This document shows positions 25,871-37,627 of a DNA stretch of 64,000 nucleotides, piece after piece. The position numbers and the translations under genes are program-made. Location: positions 2,949 to 66,948 of the forward strand of contig NIVC01003976.1 of the NCBI GenBank assembly GCA_002269645.1, given 5' to 3'. The stretch's first letter is position 1. The number at the start of each line of letters is the position of its first letter. This DNA comes from Macrostomum lignano. Its lineage: Eukaryota. The notes beneath the pieces were generated by a model that had not been told where the DNA came from, ran no database searches, and saw nothing but the letters and a program-made list of their open reading frames with translations.

Positions 25871-27432
25871 AAGGCTTCTATGATTTTTTCTTGACGCTTC
25901 TATGATTTTTTACATGACGCTTCTATGATTGTTTACATGACGCCTCTATGATTGTTTACATGACGCTTCTATGACATTTTACATGACGCTTCTACGATTT
26001 TTTACATGACGCTTCTATGATTGTTTACATGACGCTCCTATGATTTTTTTACATGACGCTTCTATGATTTTTTACATGACGCTTCTATGATTTTTTACAT
26101 GACGCTTCTATGATTTTTTTGCATGACGCTTCTATGATTTTTTACATAACGCTTCTATGATTTGTACATGACGCTTCTATGATTGTTTACATGACGCTTC
26201 TATGATATTTTACATGACGCTTCTACGATTTTTTACATGACGCTTCTATGACTGTTTACATGACGCTCCTATGATTTTTTAAATGACGCTTCTATGATTG
26301 TTTACATGACGCTTCTATGATTTTTTAAATGAAGCTTCTATGACATTTTACATGACGCTTCTATGATTGTTTACATGACGCTTCTATGATTTTTTACATG
26401 ACGCTTCTATGATTGTTATATGACGCTTCTACGATTTTTTACATGACGCTTTTATGATTGTTTACATGACGCTTCTATGACATTTTACATGACGCTTCTA
26501 CGATTTTTTACATGACGCTTGTATGATTTTTACATGACGCCTCTATGATTGTTTACATGACGCTTCTATGATTTTTTACATGACGCTTCTATGATTGTTA
26601 TATGACGCTTCTACGATTTTTTACATGACGCTTTTATGATTGTTTACATGACGCTCCTATGATTTTTTTACATGACGCTTCTATGATTTTTTACATGACG
26701 CTTGTATGATTTTTACATGACGCCTCTATGATTGTTTACATGACGCTTCTATGACATTTTACATGACGCTTCTACGATTTTTTACATGACGCTTCTATGA
26801 TTGTTTACATGACGCTTCTATGATTTGTACACGACGCTTCTATGATTGTTTACATGACGCTTCTATGATATTTTACATGACGCTTCTACGATTTTTTACA
26901 TGACGCTTCTATGATTGTTTACATGACGCTCCTATGATTTTTTACATGACGCTTCTATGATTTTTTTCATGACGCTTCTATGATTGTTTACATGACGCTT
27001 CTATTATTTTTTACATGACGCTTCTATGACTTTTCATGGCGCTTCTATGATTTTTTACATGACGCTTCTATGATTGTTATATGACGCTTTTATGATTTTT
27101 TACATGACGCTTCTATGATTGTTTACATGACGCTTCTCTGATTTTTTACATGACGCTTCTATAATTTTTTACATGACGCTTCTATGATTGTTTAAATGAC
27201 GCTTCTCTGATTGTTTACATGACGCTTCTATGATTTTTATATGACGCTTCTATGATTGTTTACATGACGCTTCTATGATTGTTTACATGACGCTTCTATG
27301 ATTTTTTACATGACGCTTCTATGATTGTTTACATGACGCTTCTATGATTTTTTACATGACGCATCTATGATTTTTATATGACGCTACTATGATTTTTTAT
27401 ATGACGCTTCTATGATTTTTACATGACGCTTC
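25870..27432. repeat. 23-24 bp minisatellite ACATGACGCTTCTATGATTGTTT
   Basis: About 65 units. Confidence 0.97.
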
Positions 27433-27494
27433 TTTTTAAAAAGTCTTTTAGTTTTCCTGACGTTGAAAAGCTTTAATTAAAAAAATTATACTCT

Positions 27495-28040
27495 ATGAAA
27501 ATTCGAACCATCGTCGCTGCATTTAGCAGTTCAGTTTGTTCACCTCTAGGCTAGCTCTCATCGTTTTGATAACATCAAATTTTGCAGTTATATAATTCAA
27601 CACTTGAAAATCCAAGCATAGAGTAAATCACACGAAGCAGTTATGACATAATCAGTTTCTCAGTCAGTCAGTATCAGTTAACAATATGGTTACGCAATTT
27701 AAATCAAGTCTGGTGCTACGCTTCCACACTGCATTTTCAATTCAAGTCGGAGTTACAATTAAGTTATGATGCAATCTATTTCAGAATCAGAATTCAACCA
27801 GTCAGTTTTTTCTCTAGCATTCTTACAATGCATTTCAAGTCGAAAAGTTTGCTTGACCTTTGCAAAAAAGCATGTTTTTCGAATATTTAATGCCTTTAGC
27901 ATCGAGCAATTTCTTAGCCACGATGCATGTACAGTCACGGGAAAATTTCTGATCGAACAGTGCTAGTTCGAACAAAATCGGTCCAGCCATTTTTTCTCTA
28001 ATCGATCACATAGACACAGACAGACCATTTTTAGTATATA
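27495..28040. mobile_element. Interspersed ~600-bp repeat, copy 2
   Basis: Homologous to 24310-24907. Ends ACAGACAGACCATTTTTAGTATAT. Minus-strand TAGCCTAGAGGTGAA ... GGTTCGAAT. Confidence 0.7.
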
Positions 28041-28209
28041 CGAGTGGAACTCCTCCTTCGGAGGAGAAAGGGGAAGAACTCCCATCACCGGAATTCCATT
28101 CCCTGTAATATCCATCAACTGAAATTCCATGTCTTTAACCCTATCTTCCAAATCGTCTCCAAATTCTTTACAAAATCTTTCAAAGACCATAGCTCAAAGA
28201 CTCTCAAGT

Positions 28210-28912
28210 CTCTCATATCTCCTCTCTCCTCTCTCTCATCTCATCTCTACCCCTGCTCCCTTATTTATCTCTTCTCCCTCGTCTTTCGTCTGTACCTTCT
28301 CCTGTCTTCTGTCTCCTCTCTTCACTCTTATCTCTCCCTCTTCTCTCCTCTCTCATATGTCATCTCTACTCACTTATCTATCGTCTCTCTTAACCCTCTC
28401 TCTCTCTTCTCTTTTCTCTTCTCTCTGCTCTCATTTCTCATATTTCATATACGCTCTGACACTACTTTCTTGTCTCCCATCTTTCTTCCTCCTTTCCACT
28501 ATCCCCTGTCTCTTCTCTTCTCTCTTTTCTATTCTCTCCATTCTCTCTTTTCTCCTTTCCTTGCTCCTTTCATCTCTCTCCTCTCTCCTCACTCTCTTCT
28601 CCTTTCGCTTCTCTCTCCTCTCTCTCCTCTCATCTTTACTACCTTATTTATATCTTCTCCCTAGTCTTTCGTCTGTACTCTCTCCTGTCTCCTCTCTCCC
28701 CTGCTCTCTCATCCCTCATCTCCTCATCTCACTCTTTCTTTCTCCTCTACTCTCCCCTCTCTTCTATTGCCTCTGTACGCTCTTATCCCTCATCTATTCT
28801 CTCTCCTATCATCTCCAATCTGTCATGTCTAATATCTCCACTCAATTATACTCTGTTTTCTATCATCTCTTCTCTCTTCTCTTTTCAGTCTTCTCTTTAC
28901 TCTCTTCTCTGA
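28210..28912. repeat. CT-rich low-complexity tract
   Basis: Polypyrimidine composition. The Leu/Ser-rich ORFs are artefacts. Confidence 0.9.
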
Positions 28913-28924
28913 CTGATTGAAGAT

Positions 28925-29260
28925 GCCAAATCCATCAAGATCCTCTCCGCGAAGCAAAAATCCTGTCTGTGCAACTAAAAACCATCGAAATCCTCTCAGT
29001 GAAACTGGACTCCTTCGAAATCCTCTCCTTGAAACTTAAATCCATCAAAATTGTTTCCATAAAACAGAAATCAATCATAAATTATCTCCGCGAAACAGAA
29101 AGCCTCTCCGTGAAGCTGAACATGATCGAAATCCTCTCCGTGAAACTGAACACCATGGAAATCCTTTCGTGAAACTGAACATCATCGAAATCCTCTCCAC
29201 GAAACAGAAATCTTCTCCGTCAGAATTTAAACATTGAAATCGTCTCCGCTAAACTTGACT
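28925..29260. repeat. ~30-bp degenerate repeat (ATCGAAATCCTCTCCGTGAAACTG..)
   Basis: Tandem units visible. Confidence 0.8.
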
Positions 29261-29303
29261 TAATCGAATTTTTTCCGTCAAACAACTCAACTCGCCAGAT
29301 TCA

Positions 29304-29337
29304 TTAGGGTTAGGGTTAGGGTTAGGGTTAGGGTTAG
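29304..29337 (+). repeat. Interstitial telomeric repeat (TTAGGG)5+
   Basis: Five perfect TTAGGG units plus TTAG. Confidence 0.9.
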
Positions 29338-30599
29338 AACTACGCACAGCTTCGTGTTAAAAGGCACAGATAAAAATATTGAACTAATTGAATCAATTCA
29401 TTGCGCAACCGATTTCACAGTCAGTCAGTATCAGCCTCAGGTAAAGTTAACAAAAACATTGCGCAATCTAAATCAACCCTCCAATACACAGCAGCAGTGA
29501 GAAGTTGAACCCTCCCCCCAACAATCTTTGCAGATTAAAGTACAATCTTTGCAGAAAGTTAAAAGTATGGAAATAGTTTTTCAAATGCGGTGCTTTTTCT
29601 TTTCATATTTAAAGCAAACAACTTATATCCCCGAACTCAGCGTTGCAAGATCTTGCCAGCAATATAAGTTTCTCCTCTCAAAGTTTAAAACTCGAGGAAC
29701 AGTTAGCGTTTGAAACTGTCTGATTTATAGCATTGAAGTATCGAGTGTACGTTCACTGCCTGCTTGCAAGATGATGCATTGAATTTCAATGTCCAACAAA
29801 TACACAGGACTGCCCATTGAAAGGCAGGAAAACTTATCAGTAGCCATATCATTGCGCAATTATCTATAAAGTCAGCCAGTGAGCCAGGGTTGACAAATTG
29901 AAATCAAGAAATTTTCTATGACAAATTGCTCTGATGCAGTTGAGATTTCGGAACAGAAAATTATACCATTCTGTTCAGTTTTTCAAACTCTTTCCAACGG
30001 TGTGATTCACTTTTCTGTAGCTTGAAAATTAAAAGCAGAAATTAAGGTGCAAGTTTTCCCGTTTCTTACTTGCAGAGCGCAATGTACACTCTGTGATGAG
30101 TTAAAAAAATCAAGCCATCCATTCTCGCGCAGTGTGCACCTCCACCCCTTTTTAACACTGAGCAAGTAGGCCGCCAATTCTCAAGTGCCGGCGACCCTCC
30201 CCCAGCTGAAATGAAATACACTGCAGAGATAGGAGAAAAGTTGTGGCGCAACCATACAAAATAGCGTCAAGTGGGAAGTCCATGGAATGCGATATATAGA
30301 CATCTGGTCTGGCTGTCTGGTTTGTGCTGTTTTCTGCTTTTTTGAAGCACTTAAAATTGAAATTTGAAAATGAATTTTAAATTGTAGCATCGTCGGGACA
30401 TTTGACATGTTTTGGTACCGGTTTGAAAGTTGAGTTGCAAGAATCCTAGGAGGAGATCGTCGACAAACCCGGCCCACCGGCCCACCCTACCACCGGACCA
30501 CGACGTCAGCTTTAGTATATAGAGGATTTAGGTGTTCAAACAAATTAAACAATAATGCAGGGCTGCAGCATGATAGGGACATTCGTGGAACTCGTGGAA

Positions 30600-31337
30600 T
30601 TCGCTGAACACTTCGGACACGACCCACAGCGTTGACTCGTAGAAGGCGTCGGCCTTTTGTCTGGACTGCAGCCGTCGCAGGACGCGGTCTCCTGGCCGAA
30701 TGTCGTGGTCTGCTGCCTTGGCCCCTTGGTCGGCGTAGCGCTTCATCTTCTTCTTGGGCTGCTGATCCTTGTCCTTAGTGGCTGCTCTCGTCACGTCCAC
30801 CGGCTGCGAGTGCTGGAGGTTGGGGATCGTGTCGATGATCTGCCGCCCGAACAGGAGGCTGGCGGGCGCGATCCCAGTAGCGCTGTGCGGAATGCGTCTG
30901 TACGCAGCCAGGTACTCGTCGATCGCTGCCGTCCAGTCCCTGCCTTCGGCCACGGCCGCACGGATGGCCTTGTTGAGCCCCTGGTTGCACCTTTCCGTAG
31001 CGCCGTTGGCCTGTGGGTACAGCGGAGTGATCCGGTGGTGCCTGGCGCCTTGGTCCGCCAGGAAGCTGCTGAACTCGGCCGACGCGAAGGGCGGGCCGTT
31101 GTCGGTCGTCACTTTCATCGGCTGCCCAAAGATGCTGAACCAATTCCGCAGCACGTGGACCAGTGGGAAGCGCGAGAAGTGGCCCGTGCAGACAAACAGC
31201 GACTTGCCGTTGACGGGCCCGAGAAAGTCCATGCCGAGCTCCAGCCAGGGCGCCGCCGGTAGTTCGGTCGGCTTGAGCGGCGTCGCCTTCGGCGTGGTCT
31301 CACGGGTGCAAATCTGGCAGCTTAGGCAAGCCGCCAC
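30600..31337 (-). pseudogene. Gypsy integrase core (rve), truncated
   Basis: ORF 30528-31337 with D..D..E motifs. The C-terminus is replaced by unrelated sequence. Confidence 0.88.
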
Positions 31338-32094
31338 GTGCGCCTCTACCGATGCTGGGCCAACAGCAGACCTTGGCTTGCAGGCGATCCAGCGTCTTTC
31401 TGATGCCCTGGTGGCCTTGGTGCGCCAGCTGCAGGCACCGGTAGCGCAGTGCTGTAGGCATGAAGATCTGGCCCAGACGCAGCAGCAGGCCGTCGAGCTC
31501 GGACAACTCGTGAGCGACGCCGTGCAGCCCCTTCAGGTTCGGGTTGCTCTTGTCCCAGCGATGACAGCGGATGCCGTGAAGCGTAGCTTGGACTGTAGCA
31601 TCTTGGTCGGAGGTCGCTTTGATGGTCACCAGGCTGATGGACATCGGCGTTGCCGCTTGGACTGCCGTGGCCACGTAGATGACGTCTTCTGTTCACCAAC
31701 GTTGTTGGGCGGCATCGACAGCGGCTGGCGGCTCAAAACGTAGAACGGGTTGTTGGCGCCGGGCTGGTACACCATCTGGAACACGAGGTCTTGCAGCCGC
31801 AGTCCCATTCGCTCGATCCGTGGCGGTGGCCGTGATCCCGGCTGAACAGCGAGAACAGCGGCTTGTGGTCTGTGATGACCTTGAACTGTCCGCCGCCGCT
31901 GAGGTAGAGATAGAATTTCAGTCCGCCGTACTTCACCGCCAGGGCCTCACGCTCCGTTCCATCTGGGAGTTGCGCTGCTCCGTCGGGCTCAGGCTGCGGC
32001 TGGCGTAGACCACCGGCCGTGTCGATCTGTCCGGCTGCACCTGGGCTAGGATGGCGCCGACGCCGGTCGGGCTGGCGTCTACGATCAGCTGGGT

Positions 32095-32731
32095 CTACAG
32101 TTCGCTGTTGAAGAATGTCAGCGCCTGGCTGCTGGAGATCGTGCGCTTGATGTCGTTGAAGGCGGCTTCCTGCTGCTCGCCCCATGTCCACTCGGTGGCT
32201 CGCTTCGTCACCTCCCGCAACAGCTGGTGGGCCTTATCGGACAGGTTGCTGATGAAGCGGGCCACGAAGGTGACGAGGCCCAGGAAGGAGCGGACCTCGG
32301 ACGCGTTGGTCGGCCGCTTGAAGTTGCGGATGGCCTCCACCTTCTCCTTGCTCGGGTGGATGCCGGCGGCCGTGAGTCGCATGGCGAGGAAGTTGCCCTC
32401 CCGCTGGGCGAACCGACACTTCTTGGCGTTCAGTGTGATTTTGTTCTCCTTTGGCCGAGCCAGACAGTCTCGAAGACGCTGATTGTGCTCCTTGATGTCC
32501 TTCGTGTACACCAGGATGTCGTCATACATCCACTTTACGCCCGGGAGGCCGTTCAGGACGGAGGTCGTCACCCGCTGCAGGATCTCCGAGGCGGACATGT
32601 ACCGATGGGCGTGGAGAACATCAGCAGGTCCCTGGACTCTTTGGCGACTTCAATTTGATTGAAGACTTTGGCGACGTCGAGCTCTGAGAAGTACACAGAC
32701 CCGGCCATCACGTCCCTCACCTCCTCCGCCA
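32095..32731 (-). pseudogene. Gypsy reverse transcriptase fragment
   Basis: YDD (YxDD) motif in ORF 32095-32598 and an upstream LD motif in another frame. Confidence 0.88.
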
Positions 32732-35700
32732 ATCATGTGCGGCCACGTTGGTATAAAAGGCATATGATGAGGACGCACTTTTTTCCAAATCCCGCGCTAG
32801 CACATGGGCACTAAACTTACTAGCCTACTAACAGTGGGCAATGGGCAATTTTTATCCTTTTTCTACAAATAGTTATAGAATCTATACTAGTAATAATGTC
32901 TGGTCATACTAGTAGTCATAATAACATAGGCGCAGCTTTTTGGGTCATAAATCATCGCTTTCGAAGCTGGTCTGACAGCCACCTGCGCCTCACTCAGTGT
33001 TGAGGCGGGCGCCAGATGGTCTGAGGGGATGCGAATGATAGCAGCTTTTTTCTCATCATTTTGACAGGCCATCAAGATTTATGAGGTCAGGGCCTATTGT
33101 TCGTGTTCACTCAAGCGTGTGACAGCTTTGACAGCTATGCGTTTTACCCCTAAAAGTACTTTGGGATTAGCGATTAGCGATTTCTCTTCATTATCTTCAC
33201 TTTCTATTTAATAAGAGCTTTCTAATGTATTTTTTCATTCATTTTTGCCAATTCTACGCGAAAAGTCATAAATCATTTTGTTGCGATTTTGAGTGATTTA
33301 TGGCCGCACCTGTCATGTTTTTACGACCCCGAGGGAGCTGATAGGATCTCCCGGTTACGTGATTCTGGGTAGCAACAAGCTTAGCCAATCAGAAAATTCG
33401 ACGCTCATTTTAACAAATCGGCTCAGCCAATCAGAATCGATGTGTTCCATTATAACAAACTGCGGTCCAGTTGGCGGCTATTTAAACCGGTGTTTTTGGC
33501 CCGCTCGGACTGCAACTTTTCTTGCGTCGGGCTGACACGGCTGCACCGGCCAGGAATTGACCGTCGTTTCTTGATCCCCGGATTGCGACTTCCCCCCCCC
33601 CATCATCATCAAGGACGAATTCTCCCGGTCATCAGTAGTGAACATCAAAGTCGAGAGCATCACCTGCTAGCTACCTGCGAAGGTTGTGACATCAGCATCA
33701 TCCCGGGTCTACAGCTGCGAAGCACTAAGCCGATTCGATCACTGTGGATTACCTGGTCTCCGGCTGTTGAGTTTCTGATTGGTTGGGTGAGAGGCTACCT
33801 AGACTTGCTTGATTGGGTGATCCCCTATCTGTCCCCTATTTCAGTAGCTGGATTAGGCACACACTTTTGCTCATTTTGTTCAGCAGTGCTGTTATCGAAG
33901 CAGAAATCTTTCAATAATACTGTTAGTAGTCCAAAACTCCAATTCAATCTTAAGTGTGAAGTGATTTAAGGAGAAGGTTAAATCTAACAGTTATTTTTAT
34001 CGGTTTTATTTCTTTGTTCGCCGATGGCTCAGATGAGTAGCTAAGCTAGTAAACGCCGGTCACAGTGGACCAATGGCAAGGCAGTTCTCAGTCGATCAAT
34101 CTATCAAATCAGTGAGCAAAATTGTCAATAGTGCAGAATCAGCGCCAGAGATGTACTTTGTGCACTCAAGGTTAGCCAAGCGGCTCGGGTAATGAATCAT
34201 GCGAGGTCTCTGAAGTTCGAGTTAGTCTATCATCAGCGCTATAAGAGGCTAGTTGGCGCATTGAAGGCCAAAAGTACAATTCCTCGTATTTAGCAATGTA
34301 ATAGTACATGTAGCTACCCCATAGTCTCGCCACTGCAAGAATCCCCTGCACAAGTCCCCTCTGTACCTGCATGGCCAATGCGATCAAGTCCCAGCAGTGT
34401 CCCTTAACATCGGCTATGACTTCGAGATTGACAGCAAAAAGACACTAGTTGGCAGGTAAGTGCTAAGCCCCCTCTAGTCGGAAGCCCGATTTCGAAAGTT
34501 CCGGTTTGGTGAGCTAGGACGTACGGGCTGGTGGCAGCGGGTTAGTTAATCTGCGGATTAGCTGATCTCTACCTTCAAAATTCTCCCTGCTTGTCTCTCG
34601 CTGTCCCTCTCTTAGCTATAGGACCTAGACTGCTCGCCACACGATCAAGCTACCATGGGGCTGACCATCTGACAGGAGTGGGGGGCCAGGACTCTAATTG
34701 ATTTATTTCTGAGACCTGAGGACCGAAGGCTTCCCCACAAGGGGGCCGAAAGGTCGAAACCCATCACATAAAAGAGGAGAGGTAAGCCGGTGGTGCAGAG
34801 TACAGTGCGCGAGCACCTCTCACTGCTAGGCACTCCGTTTAACAACAACAATTGAGTGCAGGGCTGCAGCATGACAGGGGCATTCGTGGAAATTGCGAAG
34901 ATATATTAATTTTAGCGTTTATCAGCTAATCATCGAAAATGAATTAACATATTGTATTTAGGCCTATAGACCTATAAATGTACTAAACTACACATGCATT
35001 GAGCAACACGTAGTGTTTCATTTTTATTATTTTTGTATTTTCTGTACAATAGTTTGGTGGATCGACAATTGATAAATATCTCTTCGATGGCTACGAATTA
35101 CCCTGACCTTGAAAAGCAATTTAATGTGAAGCTATGTATGCATTCAATGTAACACAAAGCCATGTTACGTTATACATACATGTACAGGTATATGGAACAT
35201 ACTCTGTTCTGTCATTTAAAAACAATCGTTATACTACAAACACCAGTAAGAAGTTGCACTTTGTTGAAATTGAATTTTAAAAATCGATAAATAAAATCGA
35301 TAAATACAAATATAATTTAATAAATATATTTGAGATTTTACGATGATTTAAATATTATATAGTGACTATTAAACAGTCAACGTGAGTTCATTTAAACAAA
35401 TTATAAATACGACAGAAATAATCACATTGTTATGAAGAAAATAAACACTAAAATAAATCCGAGAATATCCGAAGGGTTTGCATCTAAGTATCAACTGACA
35501 CCAAATACCATGAAATTCATTGTGCATGCACATGTATAGGATCAAATCACAAGTGTGAAAAATAAGCAAATTTAATAATTTTGCCACAAATCTCAATGTT
35601 AATAACTTAATTACAGTGTCAATCTGTAAGAAAACTGCTGTAAACAAACATAAACAAATCCAGGTGCTCTAAGCCAACCCAAACTAGATAAAATAATAAG

Positions 35701-36114
35701 TTGATTTGTCCCACCATACAGGAAATGATTGTTTGTTTGTTCAATTTTTTGCCTGTCAAATTATATTTTAAGCTATAAATTAATTAAAGATCGTTAAGAT
35801 TCAGTCTGCAAAAATCACCAAAAAGGAAACCTATAAGAAAATTACTGAATCATCGATTAAGTGTACTATAGCATACTAATAACAAACAGTAGCTATGCTT
35901 GAAACTTACTATACATATTTTAAGCCATTAAAAACTGCATGAGCTTCGTAGTATCATGAGTTCTTTCTTGACTTTGACAGAATTTTTTCACCTGAATTTT
36001 CGTCCAATTAATATTATGTACATGTAAATAAAAATGTAACTGTTTTACTCTCTATAGTAGTATTTTTAGAATCAATGGTTTGAACTAAAAAACGAGCAGA
36101 GTTTCAATTCGTTT

Positions 36115-37354
36115 TCAATTATTTTTCAATTGTCGCCGGACTCGTCTCCGAGCATAGATTTCGCCGCTGCTGCTGCTGATATTGTCGTCTCCGTCGATGG
36201 TGCTGCTGCCGTCGTCAGATAGAGGCGCGGACGAGCTGGAGGCGTCAAGCGATACAACGGACGACGAATCGTCGGAACCGTACTTATTCTTCCGAGATTT
36301 AACTTTTATTTGAGGCTCGACTGACGACTTCTGTGGCGATTCGGAAACAGTCGGCATGGACTGCGCTGCGCCGCTCATGGGGTCATCAGCTGAAACCAAT
36401 GGCTCATCAGCTTGCTGACTTGAATCCTGCAGCTTCTCCGCTTCTGCATCGAACTCGTCGGACGTTTTTACCGGATTCGATCCAGGTTCCGTTGAGCTGT
36501 CAAGTTGCTGAGTTGCTGGAGGAGCTTCGATCTCAGCCTCCGGTTGACGCGGACTTTGCTCTGCAGCTGGTGGCGCTGCTGACTGATTCGGACTTGCATC
36601 TTGTTGACGAGGACTTTGCTCTGCAGCTGGTAGCGCTGCTGACTGATTCGGACTTGCATCTTGTTGACGCGGACTTTGCTCTGCAGCTGGTGGCTCTGCT
36701 GACTTTTTCGATTGCTCTACCAGATCGCTGCTCGAGGAATTCGTGGACAGGGATTTGGACGCTACGCTACTGCTGCTGTCGCTGCTGTGGATTCTGCTGG
36801 TGCTGTTGTCGCTGTGGACCCTGCTACTGCTCTCACTGCTGCTTCTGCTTCTGCTTTTACTACGCTCTTCCTTGCCAACGGAGGATTCGCGAGAGCTCTG
36901 CTGCTTCTGCTGCGGCGGAAGTGGCGGTGACGGCGTTCTTGAGCGCCTAGATGCTTGTACCACCTCCGGACTGACGCTGCGATCCCTATCGGAGGTGGAT
37001 CTGTTGTCCGGCTCCTGCTCAACGCTGTTGCCGCTGCTTTTACTGAGCCGATCCTCGTTTTCTGGCTTCCCACCGCCCAATACTCGAATATGGACCGCAA
37101 CCTCCGGCTCTGAAGAGCTTCGACCTGATGTGGATTTGCTGTTCTCAGATTTTTTAGTGCTGTGGGACGACTTTGAAGATGAACCGTCGTTGAATTGCTT
37201 CTCGCTAGACGGCTGGTCTTCTTGCAGCTGTGGCTGTTTCTTATCAGCAGAAGAGCGAGAGGCGCTGCTATGGGTGCTTGGACTTTTTCCGGCGGGACAT
37301 CCAGCGCTGGGCTGCTTTGGTTCGTCACTGGGCGGATGATGTATTTTTATTCGG
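36115..37354 (-). CDS. Uncharacterised Ser-rich protein, last large coding exon
   Basis: Single open frame from 37359 to TAA at 36115 (PPSDEPKQ...RRVRRQLKNN*). Phase-2 acceptor at 37354 (ctaag|) or 37378 (tatag|). Confidence 0.65.
36545..36710 (-). repeat. 57-bp coding tandem repeat (PAAEQSPRQQDASPNQSAA x ~3)
   Basis: In-frame repeat in the translated ORF 36115-37080. Confidence 0.85.
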
Positions 37355-37427
37355 CTTAGTCACGGAACATTTAGGTTGCTATACTTGTAATGACCTCAGA
37401 ACTTACAATTAAAAAGCATGAACTCAC

Positions 37428-37489
37428 ATCAACTTTTTGGCCGCTACCATCGCCTCGCGTCGCTCCACTTCTTTCTTGGACAGTTTCGG
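37428..37489 (-). CDS. Ser-rich gene, internal exon (PKLSKKEVERREAMVAAKKL)
   Basis: acttgcag| acceptor, |gtgagt donor, phase 0 to 2. Confidence 0.6.
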
Positions 37490-37589
37490 CTGCAAGTATA
37501 GCAAAGGATTATTGATATGCAGTAGGTTTAGAGATGGATTGCAATAAATTGCTTTCATATTGCTCAGAATTTGATTTAAAAAATCTTAC

Positions 37590-37627
37590 AGGAGGATTCC
37601 GCGTTTTCTGGTGCTGCAAAGACCGTC
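37590..37627 (-). CDS. Ser-rich gene, small internal exon (RSLQHQKTRNPP)
   Basis: cttttcag| acceptor, |gtaaga donor, phase 1 to 0, consistent with both neighbours. Confidence 0.55.

Larger units (their letters stand above)
30600..32731 (-). mobile_element. Degenerate Ty3/Gypsy pol fragment (RT - RNase H - integrase), no LTRs seen
   Basis: RT: YFSELDVAKVFNQI.., KWMYDDILVY, FLGLVTFVARFI. RNase H: FKVITDHKPL, YQPGANN. Integrase: AHQGHQG, CLSCQ, LGMDFLGP, TDNGPPFAS, YPQANGATER. The RT-RH-IN order indicates Ty3/Gypsy. Many frameshifts and deletions. Confidence 0.93.

Noticed and set aside
28044-28920. Membrane-protein-like Leu/Ser-rich ORFs
   Set aside because: Translation of a CT-rich low-complexity tract.
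30657-32658. Plus-strand ORFs of 109-324 aa over the retroelement
   Set aside because: Antisense shadows of GC-rich Gypsy pol. Pol motifs are only on the minus strand.
29800-34900. Paired LTRs for the Gypsy fragment
   Set aside because: No long direct repeats, PBS or PPT could be matched on both sides.
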